Positions 8,343-19,833 of a DNA stretch of 64,000 bases are shown in pieces. The position numbers and the translations under genes were made by a program. The stretch comes from Candidatus Cloacimonadota bacterium (GTDB lineage Bacteria; Cloacimonadota; Cloacimonadia; JGIOTU-2), in the NCBI GenBank assembly GCA_016932035.1, contig JAFGDR010000023.1, forward strand, positions 9,775-73,774, given 5' to 3'. Under the pieces are notes generated by a model, which searched no databases, was not told where the DNA came from, and saw only the letters and a list, made by a program, of their open reading frames with translations. The stretch's first letter is position 1. Every line of letters starts with the position of its first letter.

Positions 8343-11338
8343 TGAAGAGTAAATTGTTCGCTTGTTTAGTTCTTTTCTTATTCATATCAACATTCCTATA
8401 TTCATCACATCGGGGACAAATCATTGAGGATTTTGAGAGAGGTTCGATCTCATTACAATCATATCCCGGGCAGGATCTTGATCCCGATGACTGGTGCCTG
8501 GATTCATTAAATACATATAATAATTCGCAGTACTCTCTCAAATTATTTGGAAATACCTGGAAAGTCGAACCAATCGTTCCGATACAAATTGATACAAACT
8601 CAGTTTGGTCTATTTCTGCGTACATAGAGACCAAAGGCGAGATACATGGATTCGGTATTATGGATTCAACGAATGTTCTCATGTATTCATTGGACGGAAG
8701 CGAAGAACTTGATATCGAAGAATTCATAACTGTTTATCAGGGTACTTTCCCGGAACAGGAGTGGGATACATACATGCTGCCGGTTGCTGATGACTGGTTT
8801 GCGTGGTTCGAGTATTATCCAACCATTACAGCACTCCTCTTCATCAATGATCTCGATACTGATCCGGATGGCGTGGTCTATTTTGATGATATTATCAATA
8901 TTACGGAAGATCTTCCTATAATTCCTGATGTCGAAATATGGTCATCTCAGGGGAAAGAATACACAGATAAGTTTGGAAACCGCAATCTTGATGTTCAGTT
9001 CTACTCAGATGTCTTCGACCCGGATAGTGACATCCTTAGCTATCATTGGGATTTTGGAGATGGAGATACCAGTTCTGTAGAAAATCCAGCACACACCTAT
9101 AATATTTATGATGATCACTCTTACAATGTATTACTCGAAGTGACAGATGATACAGGCATGATCGGAAGGGGGAATTGCCAGATCGTGCCGGAACCGGGAA
9201 CATCATCATTTCCTATTACTATGAACTTCGTAGGGGATATTCTCCTTGCGAGAGGATATGAAAATGCAGGTGGAATCATTCAAACCTATGGCGTAGAAGC
9301 AATCTTTGAACCAACACTTCACTTATTGGGAAATGCAGCAGATGTGACTGTGGCAAATCTGGAATGTCCACTCACTGATCAGGGAACCCATCATCCGACA
9401 AAGCCGATTTATTTTCGGGGAGATCCTGATAATGTAGATGGGCTCGTGTACGCAGGTGTGGATATCGTAACGCTCGCAAACAATCACATCCTTGATTATA
9501 TGCTTACCGGCATGCAGCAGACGCAGGATGTTTTAAATCAAAACGGGATTCTGTCATCGGGTGCAGGTGCAGATTCCTATGAAGCATATACACCGATTCT
9601 TTATACACAGAATGGGATCACGTTTGCCTTTCTTGCATCAAGCGACAGAACCGGACAGTATAATAATTATCAGCCATATTTGAATGCCGGATTCAATAAG
9701 CCGGGATTTGCCTATCTCACACCGTACTATCTCACGCAGCAAATAGATGAAGTGGATGACATATCGGATTATCAGATCATCGAAATGCATGCAGGAAGTG
9801 AATATTCGCTTGCTCCGGGTGGTGAGTATGACAAATCAGAAGAGCTTAATCCTTATCAGGATGAGGGATACAATCCAAAGGCAGATATTCCGCATATGTG
9901 GGATAGAGCAATTCGGCAACATGCCATCGATTCCGGTGCTGATCTTGTGATCTGTCATCATCCGCACATTATTCAGGGTTTCGAGGTGTATAATAACAAA
10001 CTGATCGCTCATTCACTTGGTAATTTTGTATTTGACCTGACCTATCCTGAAACCATGCCGACCATGATACTCAATGCAAAAATAAATGAGAACGATTTTT
10101 ATGATTATTGTGTAAAACCAGCATTCATCGATGACTGGATACCGCAGCCGGCTTTGGGCGAATTCGGTCTGCATATTTTAGACTATCTCGCATTCCGTTC
10201 AAAAGAACTCGATACATACATGTATGTAAATCGAGATAGTGTGTACGGAAGGATTATCCTCGACACACTCTCAATGGATATTCTAACGCATGTAAAAACA
10301 GAGAATGTTTCGTTAGAGCTGGAAAATGATAGATACATTTCAGATCCTCAGCGAATTGATCATATGGGCAATATATCTATGATGAGTTCTATTACTCCAC
10401 AGAGAAATTGGGAATATCGAGTTGGAAGAGATTTGGTCTGGTTTGGCAATATGGAGGATGAGGGATGTACCATGTGGGACATGAACGAATCAGATGAGTT
10501 TTATGACAATACAGTTTTTTTTGAAGGTGAAAGATCGATCGCGCATACATGGGATGAAAATAATTATTACAACCTTTCAACTAATCTTGAAGGAAGGATT
10601 CGAAGATATTCCGATTCCACAAATTATTCATTAAGCGGCTATATCAAAACACACGATGCGAAGGCAGTTTCGATACAGATCAGGTATTATCAATATCGTT
10701 GGTACACTACAATGCTTGGCTCGGAATATATTTCAGATTGGATAAGTGGAGATACCGACTGGACATATTATCATAAAGAACTCACCGTACCCGAGCTTAC
10801 GAGTTATTTTGATATTTTACTCGTATCACAACCTCCATATAATGGAACATCATACGCTTGGTTTGATAATGTGGGATTGATCGAGTGGGGTGATTGGAAA
10901 TCGCAGATAAATGAGCCAATGATATCGAATCCAAATGATTATTATTTTTACCAGATTCGAACTAATGAGCAGATTGCCGGTGCAACGGTCAAATATGAAG
11001 AAAATTCTTACGGACCGCTCCCGAATGTTAGTATAGATGATAATCCACATAATCCTGAAATAATATCGAATCTTAAGAATTTTCCTAACCCATTTAATAA
11101 TTCGACCAATATCTCCTTTTCGATGAAAACAAATCTTTCAGATTGTAAAATCAAAATATTTAATGTAAAAGGTCAGTTTGTACGAGAATTGGGATTTAGG
11201 GATCTGGATTTTGGATCTAGTGTTGTTTGGGATGGGAAGGATATGTTAGGGAAAAATGCAGCGAATGGAATATATTTCTATTCAGTATTTGAGAAGAACA
11301 GATTTTTGGCGACTGAAAAATGCTTGTTATTAAGATAA
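8342..11338 (+). CDS. Secreted multidomain protein: N-terminal beta-sandwich region, PKD domain, CapA/PGA_cap metallophosphatase domain, T9SS CTD
   Basis: Signal peptide. PKD signature (YHWDFGDGDTSSVENPAHTYN...YNVLLEVTDDTG). PGA_cap/calcineurin-like motifs (MNFVGDILLARGYE, ANLECPLTD, DIVTLANNHILDYM, ICHHPHIIQGFEVY, AHSLGNFVFD). C-terminal CTD (FPNPFNNSTNISFSM...IKIFNVKGQFV...VVWDGKDMLGKNAANGIYFYSV). Confidence 0.7.
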   Translation: MKSKLFACLVLFLFISTFLYSSHRGQIIEDFERGSISLQSYPGQDLDPDDWCLDSLNTYNNSQYSLKLFGNTWKVEPIVPIQIDTNSVWSISAYIETKGEIHGFGIMDSTNVLMYSLDGSEELDIEEFITVYQGTFPEQEWDTYMLPVADDWFAWFEYYPTITALLFINDLDTDPDGVVYFDDIINITEDLPIIPDVEIWSSQGKEYTDKFGNRNLDVQFYSDVFDPDSDILSYHWDFGDGDTSSVENPAHTYNIYDDHSYNVLLEVTDDTGMIGRGNCQIVPEPGTSSFPITMNFVGDILLARGYENAGGIIQTYGVEAIFEPTLHLLGNAADVTVANLECPLTDQGTHHPTKPIYFRGDPDNVDGLVYAGVDIVTLANNHILDYMLTGMQQTQDVLNQNGILSSGAGADSYEAYTPILYTQNGITFAFLASSDRTGQYNNYQPYLNAGFNKPGFAYLTPYYLTQQIDEVDDISDYQIIEMHAGSEYSLAPGGEYDKSEELNPYQDEGYNPKADIPHMWDRAIRQHAIDSGADLVICHHPHIIQGFEVYNNKLIAHSLGNFVFDLTYPETMPTMILNAKINENDFYDYCVKPAFIDDWIPQPALGEFGLHILDYLAFRSKELDTYMYVNRDSVYGRIILDTLSMDILTHVKTENVSLELENDRYISDPQRIDHMGNISMMSSITPQRNWEYRVGRDLVWFGNMEDEGCTMWDMNESDEFYDNTVFFEGERSIAHTWDENNYYNLSTNLEGRIRRYSDSTNYSLSGYIKTHDAKAVSIQIRYYQYRWYTTMLGSEYISDWISGDTDWTYYHKELTVPELTSYFDILLVSQPPYNGTSYAWFDNVGLIEWGDWKSQINEPMISNPNDYYFYQIRTNEQIAGATVKYEENSYGPLPNVSIDDNPHNPEIISNLKNFPNPFNNSTNISFSMKTNLSDCKIKIFNVKGQFVRELGFRDLDFGSSVVWDGKDMLGKNAANGIYFYSVFEKNRFLATEKCLLLR

Positions 11339-11416
11339 GAATATCGAATGATAATTAAGGATTTATTAAAATCAAAATCTTCAATCGGTGTTCGATGTTG
11401 TTAAATCAAAAGGTGA

Positions 11417-12430
<1,014 letters not shown>

Positions 12431-12457
12431 TATGTATTTGTATGAATGGAGTAATTG

Positions 12458-13564
12458 ATGGAAAAATCTGAATACTATGACTGGCTACGTATAGTTACCG
12501 TAAAAGGACTCGGCTCAGAAACAATACAAAAACTTCTTACAAAATATCATAATCCCGGCAAAATTTTCAAAACATCAAAGGACGAGTTAATAGAAATATC
12601 TTATATTCCCCAGAAGGTAGTTGAGAATATTATCCATTTCGACCAACAAGAATTTGTGGAACGTCAATCTCAACTACTCGAAAAACATAATGTACATCTT
12701 ATCTCTATCCTTGATGATGAATATCCTCGATTGCTGAAATACATATACAATCCACCGATATTGCTCTATATAAAAGGTCAACTGCTGCCCGAAGACGAAC
12801 TTGCTTTCGCGGTCGTAGGAACACGAAAGCCAACACAATATGGTAAGATAGCTGTAAGAAAAATAGTACCGAAACTTACACTGTCAGGTTTTACGATAGT
12901 AAGCGGTCTCGCATACGGTATTGATGCTGCAGCTCATGAAGAAGCTTTACAAACAGGTGGAAGGACAATTGCTGTTTTTGGAACAGGACTGGACATAATA
13001 TATCCTACAGCTAACAGAAAACTTGCTGATAGAGTGTTAGCAAATGGAGCATTAATATCAGAGATTCCTCTTGGAGAGAAAATTGAAGCATGGAATTTCG
13101 CAAATAGAAATCGTATAATCAGCGGGATGAGTAAAGGCACTTTAGTTGTGGAGGGTGCTAAAACGAGTGGTGCATTATTAACTGCAAAATATGCATTAGA
13201 ACAGAATCGGGATGTGTATGCAATACCTGGAAATATTAACTCACCTCAGAGCGAAGGTCCTAATTATCTCATAAAGATAGGTGCAAAAATAGTCAGTTGC
13301 TCAGAGGATATTCTCGAAGAATATCAACTGACATTACAATTAACAAGCGACTCAAAACAGAAAGTCGAGAAACCAAAAGTAAAACTTTCTGATGAAGAAG
13401 ATCAAATTTACAAACTTCTCATAAAGAATGAGAAAAATCTTAGTTTAGATCGAATGGTGGAACTCACAGGAGAGAATCCCTCAAAGCTATCGAGTATCCT
13501 GCTTCAAATGGAATTCAAAGGGCTGATAAAACGAGGTGCTCAGAATCGTTACTGGCTTGTCTAA
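12458..13564 (+). CDS. dprA: DNA processing protein DprA (Smf)
   Basis: Rossmann-like DprA core (AVVGTRKPTQYG...IVSGLAYGIDAAAHEEAL..GGRTIAVFGTGLDIIYP..N..L). ATG at 12458 with GGAG 8 nt upstream; the ORF track opens at TTG 12455. Confidence 0.85.
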   Translation: MEKSEYYDWLRIVTVKGLGSETIQKLLTKYHNPGKIFKTSKDELIEISYIPQKVVENIIHFDQQEFVERQSQLLEKHNVHLISILDDEYPRLLKYIYNPPILLYIKGQLLPEDELAFAVVGTRKPTQYGKIAVRKIVPKLTLSGFTIVSGLAYGIDAAAHEEALQTGGRTIAVFGTGLDIIYPTANRKLADRVLANGALISEIPLGEKIEAWNFANRNRIISGMSKGTLVVEGAKTSGALLTAKYALEQNRDVYAIPGNINSPQSEGPNYLIKIGAKIVSCSEDILEEYQLTLQLTSDSKQKVEKPKVKLSDEEDQIYKLLIKNEKNLSLDRMVELTGENPSKLSSILLQMEFKGLIKRGAQNRYWLV

Positions 13565-13570
13565 AAAAAA

Positions 13571-13607
13571 GACCTTTGAGGTATGTAACCACAAAGGTCT
13601 TGGTTAA
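13571..13607. terminator. Bidirectional rho-independent terminator between convergent dprA and groES
   Basis: 8-bp perfect stem GACCTTTG/CAAAGGTC with a 13-nt loop, flanked by an A-run upstream and TTGGTT downstream. Confidence 0.6.
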
Positions 13608-13618
13608 TAATTACTAAC

Positions 13619-13888
13619 TTATTCGATAATTCCTAAGATATCGGAACGTTGCACGATGAGATATTTTTTACCTTCAAGTTCGATCTCAGTGCCACCATAT
13701 TTTGCATAAACAACCTTATCACCCTTTTTCACGAGTTTCTGCAGGTCTTCATCATTTCCAACTGCAATGATCTTGCCGATCTGTGGTTTTTCTTTTGCTG
13801 TGTCTGGGATGATAATGTTACCGATTTTCTTTTCTTCCGATTCAATTGTCTCAAGAAGAACGCGATCATCAATAGGTTTAATTTTCAT
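13619..13888 (-). CDS. groES: Co-chaperonin GroES (no adjacent groEL)
   Basis: MKIKPIDDRVLL...IIAVG aligns with GroES from residue 1. The internal ATG at 13888 is preceded by GGAGG; the ORF track extends 8 codons further upstream to 13912. No groEL sits downstream: dprA ends at 13564 on the other strand. Confidence 0.88.
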   Translation of the reverse strand: MKIKPIDDRVLLETIESEEKKIGNIIIPDTAKEKPQIGKIIAVGNDEDLQKLVKKGDKVVYAKYGGTEIELEGKKYLIVQRSDILGIIE

Positions 13889-13982
13889 TATACCTCCGTT
13901 ATGATTTTTCATTTTGATTTATAGAAAAATGTATGGTGCAACAGAAGATGCGTCAAGAATTTTTTTATGATAATATAAAAAA

Positions 13983-14009
13983 TTAGCAATGAGCTGAAAA
14001 GTTTGCTAA
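13983..14009. promoter_or_regulatory. Degenerate CIRCE-like inverted repeat (putative HrcA operator) upstream of groES
   Basis: TTAGCAatg-agctgaaaa-gttTGCTAA. The 27-nt geometry matches CIRCE TTAGCACTC-N9-GAGTGCTAA, and the outer 6 nt of each arm are conserved. It lies about 95 nt upstream of the groES start. Confidence 0.45.
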
Positions 14010-14119
14010 ATTCCAGTTTTTCAAATGCAAAAATATTTCTAAAATTCAAAACTCCTGAAAATGTATGCTTAATACTTGACCAATAATTTATCTTTTGATG
14101 AAGAAATCAAAAGGTTTAT

Positions 14120-16267
14120 ATGATTAGAAAACTCATTTTAATTGGATATTTGTTTCTTTCTTTTGGAAGTACTCTCGCGAGTTCTTCATTAAAAGAGGTG
14201 TATGAAGTTGCTCCTGCATATGATGATTATGATAAATACATGGTATTGGAAACAGGTGTTACATACACGGGCGGCTTGCTGATCGGAAAGATATTCGATC
14301 CCATAACTGCTGAACTTTCTGATGAGATCGGGATGGATGTAAGGATCGTTGGGAACGGTGCAATACTTAATCTTCAGGGCGAAGAGATCTGCATTTCATA
14401 TTGCACGAATAAACTCGATATAGACAATTGTATCATCATCAATGGAAATATACGGTATCGCGGCATCAATCTTCCTCCTGACGAGATATATCCTTCAGGA
14501 TATGTAAAATACTGTACATTTTTTAAACCTCAAGATTATGGAATACGATTACAAGGAGCTGGTGGAAATATCACTATAGCGAGAAACCTGATTGTCGACG
14601 CAGTAGATACAGGTTGGGATTTTCATTATCTGCATGGTACCTCACTTGAATATTTACCAACTGGAGCAAATGTCTGCATCAGTGTCTTTTATTCAACCTA
14701 TGGAGTTCCTGTTCTGCTGAATAACTGGTCGTTTCATTCCGATCCTGTTGTAAATGCGGACTTGACCAAACATTTTGTCGCACTTTGCGAGTATGGCTGA
14801 ACCGTTCCGCAGGTGGTCAGTTGGGCTGCATCAAGTAATATAATTGGTATCGATCCTCAACTTATTGATCCGGAGAATGGAGATTATCGAGTGATACCCG
14901 GTTCTCCAGCAGAAGGATATGGTTGCCAAATATTTTCAGACGAGAGAATCAATTTTTATGACGATTCAAAAAAAGCATCCTTAACTTACGAAAAGTATAA
15001 CAAGAGAAATTCCATAGAAGTATCTGGAATCATTAATGAGCATACATTCTGGCAGGCAGATACGATAAAAGTAATAGGAGATATCAAAATTGCAGACCAA
15101 ACGATTCTCACAATAGCACCTTCAACGAGGATCGAATTCCAGGATTTTTATTCTATCGATTGCAAAGGAAGTATAGAGGCAATAGGGAAAGCTGACGGAA
15201 GAATAATTTTTACATCTGCTCATCCGGAGTACTTTATACCTGATTCATCAACGACTGGAGCCTGGAATTGTATCAGGTTTCATAATACTTCTCCGTTAAA
15301 TGATAGATCATTCTTCGCATATTGTGATTTCGAATATTCAAAAGCTTTTGACGATTCAGTAAAAGGTGGTGTGTTTTCATTATATAACTATTCTAATTTA
15401 CTCGTTGAAAATTGCTCCTTTACTCAAAATTGTGCAGACTATGGATCGGTATTAGGTGTGGATTATCAATCATCTCCTTGGATAATTGGCTGCATTTTTG
15501 ACAAAAATTATGCTTTTATTGGCGGTTCACCAATCTATAGTGCCTATTCTTTTCCGAGATTGTTCAATAATACAATCGTTGATAACTATGTACTAAATAA
15601 TGATATAAATTACCGAACAGGTGCAGTGCAGTCATTCATTTCAAAACCTCGAATCATAAATAACATTATATGGGATAATGCTACTCAGTACATTGTCCAA
15701 GGTCAAATAACTGAATGTAAAGATTTCTATACATCATATAATATCATAGAATACGGTCATGGGGGAGAAGGCAACATCGATGACAATCCTCTTTTTGACT
15801 ATTATGCTGAATATCCCTATTCACTTTCTCATAACTCACCGTGTATAAATACAGGAACACTTGATACGATGAATCTTTATCTTCCTTTATTAGATTTTAC
15901 AGGTAATGATAGAATCTATGGCGGTAGGATCGATATGGGAGCGTTGGAATGGCAGGGATATGCTGTTGAAGATGAAATGCAGATCAAATCGATCATCACT
16001 GCGTATCCCAATCCTTTCTCGACCTCGACGACAATATCATATGCACCCGCGAATTTGCGCGAATCAACACGAATTAAAATTTACAACATAAAGGGGCAGC
16101 TTGTGCGCACTCTCAATGTTTCCTCGTTCCCGAACCCCACTTTGGGAATGTGTGAAGTAGTTTGGGATGGGACTGATGAGGATGGGATAGATTTACAAAG
16201 CGGTGTATATTTGTACAGATTAGGTGAAAGCAATCATATAACAGGAAAGGTTATCAAGACACGTTAG
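14120..16267 (+). pseudogene. Secreted right-handed beta-helix protein with T9SS CTD, read as one frame through an in-frame TGA at 14798-14800 (pseudogene, recoding or sequence error)
   Basis: ORF 14120-14800 (signal peptide, beta-helix-like NCIIINGNIRY, GGNITIARNLIVD) and ORF 14813-16267 (no signal peptide, ends in a CTD: YPNPFSTSTTISY...IKIYNIKGQLV...VVWDGTDEDGIDLQSGVYLYRL) share a frame. Only TGA plus 4 sense codons (TVPQ) separate them. The motif NI.DDNPLFDYY / GIDPQLIDPENGDYRVIPGSPA, typical of beta-helix protein ends, occurs twice. Confidence 0.5.
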
Positions 16268-16275
16268 ATAGAAAA

Positions 16276-16298
16276 AATGCCCTAAATAATAGGGCATT
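16276..16298. terminator. Bidirectional terminator between convergent beta-helix genes
   Basis: 9-bp stem AATGCCCTA/TAGGGCATT with loop AATAA, flanked by an A-run and an AT-rich tract. Confidence 0.55.
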
Positions 16299-16323
16299 AT
16301 ATTATCATCAAATTATATAAATT

Positions 16324-19300
16324 CTATTCCAATCTATTACCAGACAGATCTCTCCAGAAAAGTATCAGATCCAGATCATCATCAATAGCAATAATCCGAT
16401 AATAGGATTCTGTATATGTTTGGGCTGCGTTTACATGAGTAAATGAATTTGTAGCAGAGGATCCAAGATATGTAAATCCTGTATAGGGATCAGTTGAATG
16501 TTGAATAGTATAATTGTCAGATCCAGGAGTTATTTCCCAACCTAAATCAAAATCATTACCATTTTTTGAAAGAGTAACCCATGCGGGAGGTCGTGGTCCT
16601 GCTGAAGGATCTACATAAAAACTTCGTACGCTGGAATACGTACTCAATCCGTAAGAATCTGTTGCTTTGACTGTCCAATAGAATAGATTTCCTGGCTGAC
16701 AGAATGGAGTATATACACCAGTTTCAGTAGTTACAGCAGAATCAGGATCGGAAAATGCTGCAGTTACATCGAGATATACTGTATAATAAATGCTATCACC
16801 CGGATCGGGATCTGTTGCTGCATTCCAGGTTAGCATAACTGATGTTTCGTAGACTGTTGCGTCGTTTAGCGGAGAAATCAATGTGAAGTCATTTGGAGGA
16901 TCAATTACAAAAACATCAAAATACCAGTCCTGTTGATTGGAATTGGTTTCCAGTCCAATAAGGTCATAAGCTGTAACCTTCCACCAGTACCTCGTATCAT
17001 CCTCAATTTCCTCATCACTTAAAAGGAAATGACTGGTTTCAATGTCATTAATTGTATCCTTGCTTGAAGTATTATACTTGGCTGATGTGCTTAATTCAAG
17101 ACGATATTTTACTGTATCATTTGGTGTGGGATCTATAGAAACTTCCCAATCAAGAACTGAATCAAATGACCAGAGTGTATCACCTTTTGCAGGAGAGAGC
17201 AGATCAAATAAAGAGGGTGCTTCTGATAGGGGGGTAGTAAGATAATTTCCATAATCTACATAATCACTAACTGTATCCCCAAGTCCACCAGGATTTGTCG
17301 TTGCATTATAGGGACCTGTTGGGTCACCCCACCAGTTATAGGTTGCATCTACAGTCACAGAACTTGTTGTGTTTTGTACACCACAGATAGTATTATTAAT
17401 AATTGAATTTGCATTTCCTGTGTCACCCCCGATAAGAGGATCAGCGGAAGTTGAGCAATATATTCCAATATCATTATTATTAATTGAATTTTTATAAACA
17501 TTTGGAGCAGCAAGACTGCCATAAACTTTTATTCCATAATCTTGAGCATTAGTAATAACACATTGTTTTATCAAAGGTGAGGAATTAGTACATAAGACAT
17601 TTGTAGCAGCATACTCGATTGTACATTTATCAAGTTCACATAAACCAGGATTAATGAATCTGTTGAATATTAATCCAGTCCAATCACCGGGTGTTTCGGT
17701 TTTACCGGTAAATGTAACACCGCTAGCTTCAAGTGATCCAAGATATGAGCCATTTGTAGTATTACCAATTGTCATATTATTTCCAGAGCCAAACAATAAA
17801 GTAATTCCGGAATTCATTATTAAATGTGGATTAGTATCATTCCAGACATCAATGTCTCCATAAACATCATAAGGAATTCCCTGGTTTATCCATTCTGTGT
17901 CATAATTTATTTTATCACCAGATACATAGATTTGATCAGGATTATTTCCAGAATAAACATTATTCTCTTTCAGACAGGCTAAGTCGGAAGCATATACTTT
18001 TATAGGATGTTCAGTATTATTGTAAAATCTGCAATTTATTACTTCGGGTAAGGGATCACCCTCAGTAATATCATTAATCCTTAAACCGAACCCATCGTTA
18101 TTCTGGAAAGTAACATGATGTAAAGTGGGAGCTGATTGAGTTATGATAATTCCTGCATTATAAGTATCAGCATAACCGCCATATTCAACAATACAGTCTG
18201 TTAAGCTACAGTTTGCATCATCACAAAAATTAGCAAAAAATATCCCCCTATGAATAACGCCAACATCTGATCGAGTAAAGGTTACGCCTTCCGCTGTTAA
18301 TGATCCTTGATATGAAGCGTTGGTAGTATTCCCGACTTGAATGTAATCTCCATCTTGTAATTGTATAGTGCAACCTGACATAATTTGTAGATGAGGATTT
18401 GTGGTCCCATGAATGAGGAAGGAATCAGTTATTAAATATGGAATTCCATGATCATTCCAGGTTTGTGATTCATCCAATACTCCGTTTCTCACTTCGATAA
18501 CATCAGATCCATTTCCGGTAAGATTATTATTTGGTCCGATTGATCCTGCGTCATTTGCATAGATCGATATGGGATATTCTGTATTCCCGGAGATTGTATT
18601 ACCAGAAATAGTTGGTCGACTACCATTATCTATATACAATCCGTCTCCTTGTCCATCTAAAATCTGACAACCTGTTATAGTTTGTTGAGAGAAAGTTTCA
18701 TGAGTAGTTATAAAAACAGACCTACTAGAATAACCGTAACCTGCGTTCTTAATAGTACAGCCGGATAATACTCCACCATTTGTATAATTATTAAAAATCA
18801 ATCCATTCCAGTAACCGGTGGTGTCCACAGATCCGATAAATTCAACACCGGTTGCATTAAGGGTTCCCCAATAAGATGCATTTGAAACGTTACCAATTGT
18901 GAAATCTTTATTGGCTGCAAATTTGAGTACAGTACCATATCCGATATTTAAAGTAACACCCCCTTCAGTAAATAAGTTTAGATCACCAGTAATATAATAC
19001 GGAATTCCCTGGTTTATCCAAATCTGATCATCTGATATTGATTCTCCATAAACAAAAATCTCATTTGTCCCATTCCCGGAAAAAGTGTTTCCTGTTCCAA
19101 GTGCAGAAATATCATTAGCATACATTTGAATAGGATAATCAGTGTTTCCGTTAAACGAACAATTAGTAATATCGGGTCGAATTGAATTATCAGATAGGTT
19201 TGTGAAAATTATACCGGCCCCAAAATTATTTTGAAAGGTAACATTGTCAGTTGTAACTGCTGTATCATGAATGTATAAACCACAGTGATTTGATGCTGCA

Positions 19301-19704
19301 CCACCATATTCAATTGTAGCATATTCGAGTTGTCAATTTGCATCTATACAACAATTTCTGAATTCGATGTAGTCCCAGTCACCCGGAGCAGGTGCTGCAG
19401 CATTTGAAGTGAAAGTTATCAGACTGTCTTCTGTTCCCACTGCAATCAAACCTCCTGCATAACTGGGATTTGATGCATTCCCAATAATCATAGTTTTTCC
19501 CGGATCAAATTTTACGATCACACCAGGTTTTAAAGTTAAAGTTGGAAGTGAAATAGAACTTATTGTAATGTCACCAGTGCAGATATGAGGATTATCATCA
19601 GCATACCAGGTTTCATCAGTTGAAATCGTGCCCGAATGATAGGTTTGTGAATAACAATAATAACAGATAAAAAGAAACAAAATAATAATAACAATTTTTT
19701 TCAT
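16324..19704 (-). pseudogene. Large secreted parallel beta-helix repeat protein (about 1126 codons) read through a single in-frame TGA at 19333-19335; no CTD recognised
   Basis: ORF 19704-19333 (signal peptide MKKIVIIILFLFICYYCYS, repeat unit) and ORF 19125-16324 share a frame. The 207 nt between them translate without stops into repeat-like sequence (QLEYATIEYGGAASNHCGLYIHDTAVTTDNVTFQNNFGAGIIF...). The protein carries repeated beta-helix units (C..DC.IEYGG...VTFQNN..G...........C.F..NT.YPI..YA.D) and FN3-like modules near the C-terminus. Confidence 0.5.
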
Positions 19705-19833
19705 TTTTTTCTCCTTTTAAAGTTCATAATAAATGACTTATATTACACTTCAGAAAATATTTACTTAAAAAGTCAATTATTTTTATTGAAATAAATTCTC
19801 AAAAATTATTGAGATAAACGTGTAATTTTTTCA

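Noticed and set aside
8296-8727. 143-aa minus-strand ORF overlapping the start of the 8342 gene
   Set aside because: It is antisense to a well-supported secreted-protein gene, with no RBS and no recognisable features.
13649-13924. 91-aa plus-strand ORF opposite groES
   Set aside because: It lies on the antisense strand of a clearly conserved groES, with a low-complexity F/C-rich translation.
14801-14860. SECIS-like stem-loop downstream of the in-frame TGA codons (also checked after 19333 on the minus strand)
   Set aside because: By eye I could not find a convincing ~40-nt hairpin with a GGUC-type apical loop at the expected spacing. This is inconclusive rather than negative and needs computational folding.
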